From contig CM120641.1 of assembly GCA_051362555.1 (NCBI GenBank), forward strand, positions 17,608,001 to 17,672,000: a DNA stretch of 64,000 nt. The letters are read 5' to 3'. The first letter of the stretch is position 1, and each line of letters begins with the position of its first letter. A program made the translations under genes and the position numbers. Below the pieces are notes generated by a model. The model worked only from the letters and a program-made list of their open reading frames with translations. It ran no database searches and had not been told where the DNA came from. This stretch comes from Lingula anatina (lineage: Eukaryota; Animalia; Brachiopoda). Shown here piece by piece: positions 61,520 through 64,000 of this stretch.

Positions 61520-62320
61520 AATCAACATTGAATCAATGTTGAATCAACGTTGATGGTCAACGTTGAAACTATGTTGATATGACGTTGACTATGAAAGTTG
61601 ACTCAACGTTGAACCATCAAGGTTGAATCAACCTTGAGGTCTCAATATTGAATCAACGTTGACAGTCAATGTTGAAACTATGTTGATATGAGGTTGACTA
61701 TGAAAGTTGACTCAACGTTGAACCATCAAGGTTGAATCAACCTTGAGGTATCAATGTTGAATCAACGTTGACGATCAACGTTGAAACTATGTTGATATGA
61801 CGTTGACTATGAAAGTTGACTCAACGTTGAACCATCAAGGTTGAATCAACCTTGAGGTCTCAATGTTGAATCAACATTGATGATCAACGTTGAAACTATG
61901 TTGATATGACGTTGACTATGAAAGTTGACTCAACGTTGAACCATCAAGGTTGAATCAACCTTGAGGTCTCAATGTTGAATCAACGTTGACGGTCAACGTT
62001 GAAACTATGTTGATATGACGTTGACTATGAAAGTTGAATCAACGTTGAACCATCAAGGTTGAATCAACCTTGAGGTATCAATGTTGAATCAACGTTGACA
62101 GTCAACATTGAAACTATGTTGATATGACGTTGACTATGAAAGTTGAATCAATGTTGCACCATCAAGGTTGAATCACCCTTGAACCATCAAGGTTGAATCA
62201 ACGTTGAACCATCAAGGTTGAAACAACCTTGAGGTATCAATGCTGAATCAACATTGATACCTCAATGTTGAATCAATGTTGAAATAAAGTTGAATTTGAA
62301 AATTGAATTAACGTTGATAT
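61520..62320. repeat. Tandem repeat, 109-bp unit, ~6 copies plus a degenerate tail
   Basis: GAAACTATGTTGATATGA at 61565, 61674, 61783, 61892, 62001 and 62110 (exact 109-bp period). Confidence 0.97.
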
Positions 62321-62747
62321 ATCAATTAGGCTATCAGGATATTTGATTGAAATTTGCCTGATGGCTGAGTTGTTCTCCAAGATATCAAGCATTTCTTGAA
62401 ATAAAAAGACTCAGATCTGAAAAGGGGGGGAAATTGGGAAAATTACCTACAAAAAAAGGTAATTTGGGAAGAAAAGGGGGTGGGGTCCAGACCCCGGGAC
62501 CGGCCCCTGTATCCACCTATGGGTCGTCAGATTCTTTTTAAACTTTCCAGTTTGATGCTCAGTGTTACGGACCAAAACAGCCCGAACATAAAAAAACACA
62601 AACAACAACTAACTTAACTATGAATATAATATATTACAAACAATGAACATACACTACATAAACTAACTACATGTAATACTATCATGTTGCATAAACTTTA
62701 ACATTTGTCAAATACAGTTAAATTGTAACAGATTCGTAGACAGTCAA

Positions 62748-62950
62748 GTTTTGAAGACGCAATGTCACAGTTTTACGAGTCCTTTTCTGTTAAACGTTCC
62801 TCCTGATAATGTGGGGTTTTGAAGACGCAATGTCACCGTTTTCCATGTCCTTATCTGTTGAACGATCCTCCTGATAGTGTGGGGTTTTGAAGACGCAATG
62901 TCACCGTTTTCCATGTCCTTATCTGTTGAACGATCCTCCTGATAGTGTGG
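62748..62950. repeat. Tandem repeat, 68-bp unit x3
   Basis: GAAGACGCAATGTCAC at 62753, 62821 and 62889. Confidence 0.93.
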
Positions 62951-63205
62951 CCTCACAAAGTACTGTTAATAAAGTACAGTTTTTGTACTGTAAAAGTGTT
63001 ACACACTGTCCACACTCACGTGTTGCATCAGTTCATGTTATCCGGAGTCTCGCACTTAATAACAGTCCCGCACTTCATTTACATTATACAAGTATGCAGG
63101 CACATACGGTAATTACTCATAAAAATTAAACAACAAATTAGCTTTACTAAAATAATTATAACGTCACATCAGGTAGTTAAGATTATTTTAAGAATACAAA
63201 AACAA

Positions 63206-63341
63206 AGGGTCACCAGTCTAATTTTTTTCTCACAGCTAACTTCAATTTCCAGAAAAACAGGCATTTTTGGCTTTTTCAAGCTTTTTCTTCAACCTTGAGT
63301 AAAATTTTGTCAATTTGCCATAAAGTAAGGCTGGTGACCCT
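63206..63341. mobile_element. Small hAT-Blackjack-like MITE inside the CMC-like element
   Basis: 11-bp TIR AGGGTCACCAG / CTGGTGACCCT; the TSD is not clear. Confidence 0.45.
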
Positions 63342-63544
63342 ATGTTTTTTCTTTTTCTTAAAGACCTGTGGAAAGTTAAAAAAAAAAAAACTGACGACCG
63401 CTTTTTTCACAAAATTAATTTTAATGAAAAAGGGGTAAAACAAGTGTTTTATGAGGGGTAATTACCCCTATGCATACCTCTCTAGTGAGATAATCATTTA
63501 AAACTATTATCAAGGTTATGATTAAGGTAATAAAGTTAAGGTTG

Positions 63545-63935
63545 GCCCAATGTTGAGATCCAGTTGATATGTCAACATTGACAAAGGGTTTACAAACACA
63601 GGTTGATTCAATGTTGAAATCCTGTTGATCTATCAACATTGAAAACTGATTGACAAAGAAAGGTAAAATCAATGTTGAGACCCTGTTGATCTATCAACAT
63701 TGACAATTGGTTGACAAGAAAAGGTTGATTCAATGTTGAAATCCTGTTGATCTATCAACATTGAAAATTGATTGACAAAGAAAGGTTAAATCAATGTTGA
63801 GACCCTGTTGATCTATCAACATTGACAATTGGATGACAAGAAAAGGTTGATTCAATGTTGAGATCTTGTTGATCTATCAATATTGATGGATCAACATCAT
63901 CTCAACCTATCCTCAATGTTGAATCAACGTTGAGT
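63545..63935. repeat. Tandem repeat, 61-bp unit, ~6 copies (alternating 122-bp dimer)
   Basis: CAATGTTGA..GTTGAT....TCAA(C/T)ATTGA at 63548, 63609, 63670, 63731, 63792 and 63853. Confidence 0.93.
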
Positions 63936-64000
63936 GCCCGCTGGGTTAACACTTCAAAGGCTGCTTGAAAGTGTAGTGGATTGTTTAATTTATTGAGATG

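Larger units (their letters stand above)
61509..63945. mobile_element. Non-autonomous CMC/EnSpm(CACTA)-like element with palindromic sub-terminal repeat arrays
   Basis: TIR CCCAGCGGGCA..TCAAC(A/G)TTGA / TCAACGTTGA..TGCCCGCTGGG, with TT on both flanks (2-bp TSD). Both sub-terminal regions are built from TCAAC(G/A)TTGA palindromes. No transposase ORF. The superfamily is inferred from the CCCAG terminus and 2-bp TSD. Confidence 0.78.

Noticed and set aside
61520-63935. CRISPR-like appearance of the regularly spaced palindromic repeats
   Set aside because: Whole units repeat with no unique spacers, there are no cas genes, the context is eukaryotic, and the arrays sit inside a TIR pair.

Overview
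AT-rich, intron-containing animal DNA, probably a marine invertebrate; the repeat content is mollusc/lophotrochozoan-like, but the taxon cannot be fixed from sequence alone. Five spliced protein-coding genes were reconstructed by hand with consistent splice sites and reading-frame phase: an MGRN1/RNF157-family RING E3 ligase (minus strand), UBALD (plus, head-to-head with it), FOXJ1, ANKRD54 and a long-chain acyl-CoA synthetase (ACSL1/5/6 family). Introns and intergenic DNA contain many non-autonomous DNA transposons. These include Helentron-type HINE/DINE-1-like elements carrying internal satellites, Kolobok-like TTAA MITEs, a TA-flanked TIR element, a CMC/EnSpm-like element with palindromic sub-terminal arrays, and MULE-, Harbinger- and hAT-like MITEs. 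Several are nested inside each other. No rRNA, tRNA, CRISPR array or intact transposase was found. The best leads are the MGRN1/RNF157-UBALD-FOXJ1 microsynteny, a three-level transposon nest, satellite-carrying HINEs, a TE-derived branch-point region, and duplicated exon fragments in the RING ligase and ACSL genes. I did not find evidence of a wholly new molecular system.
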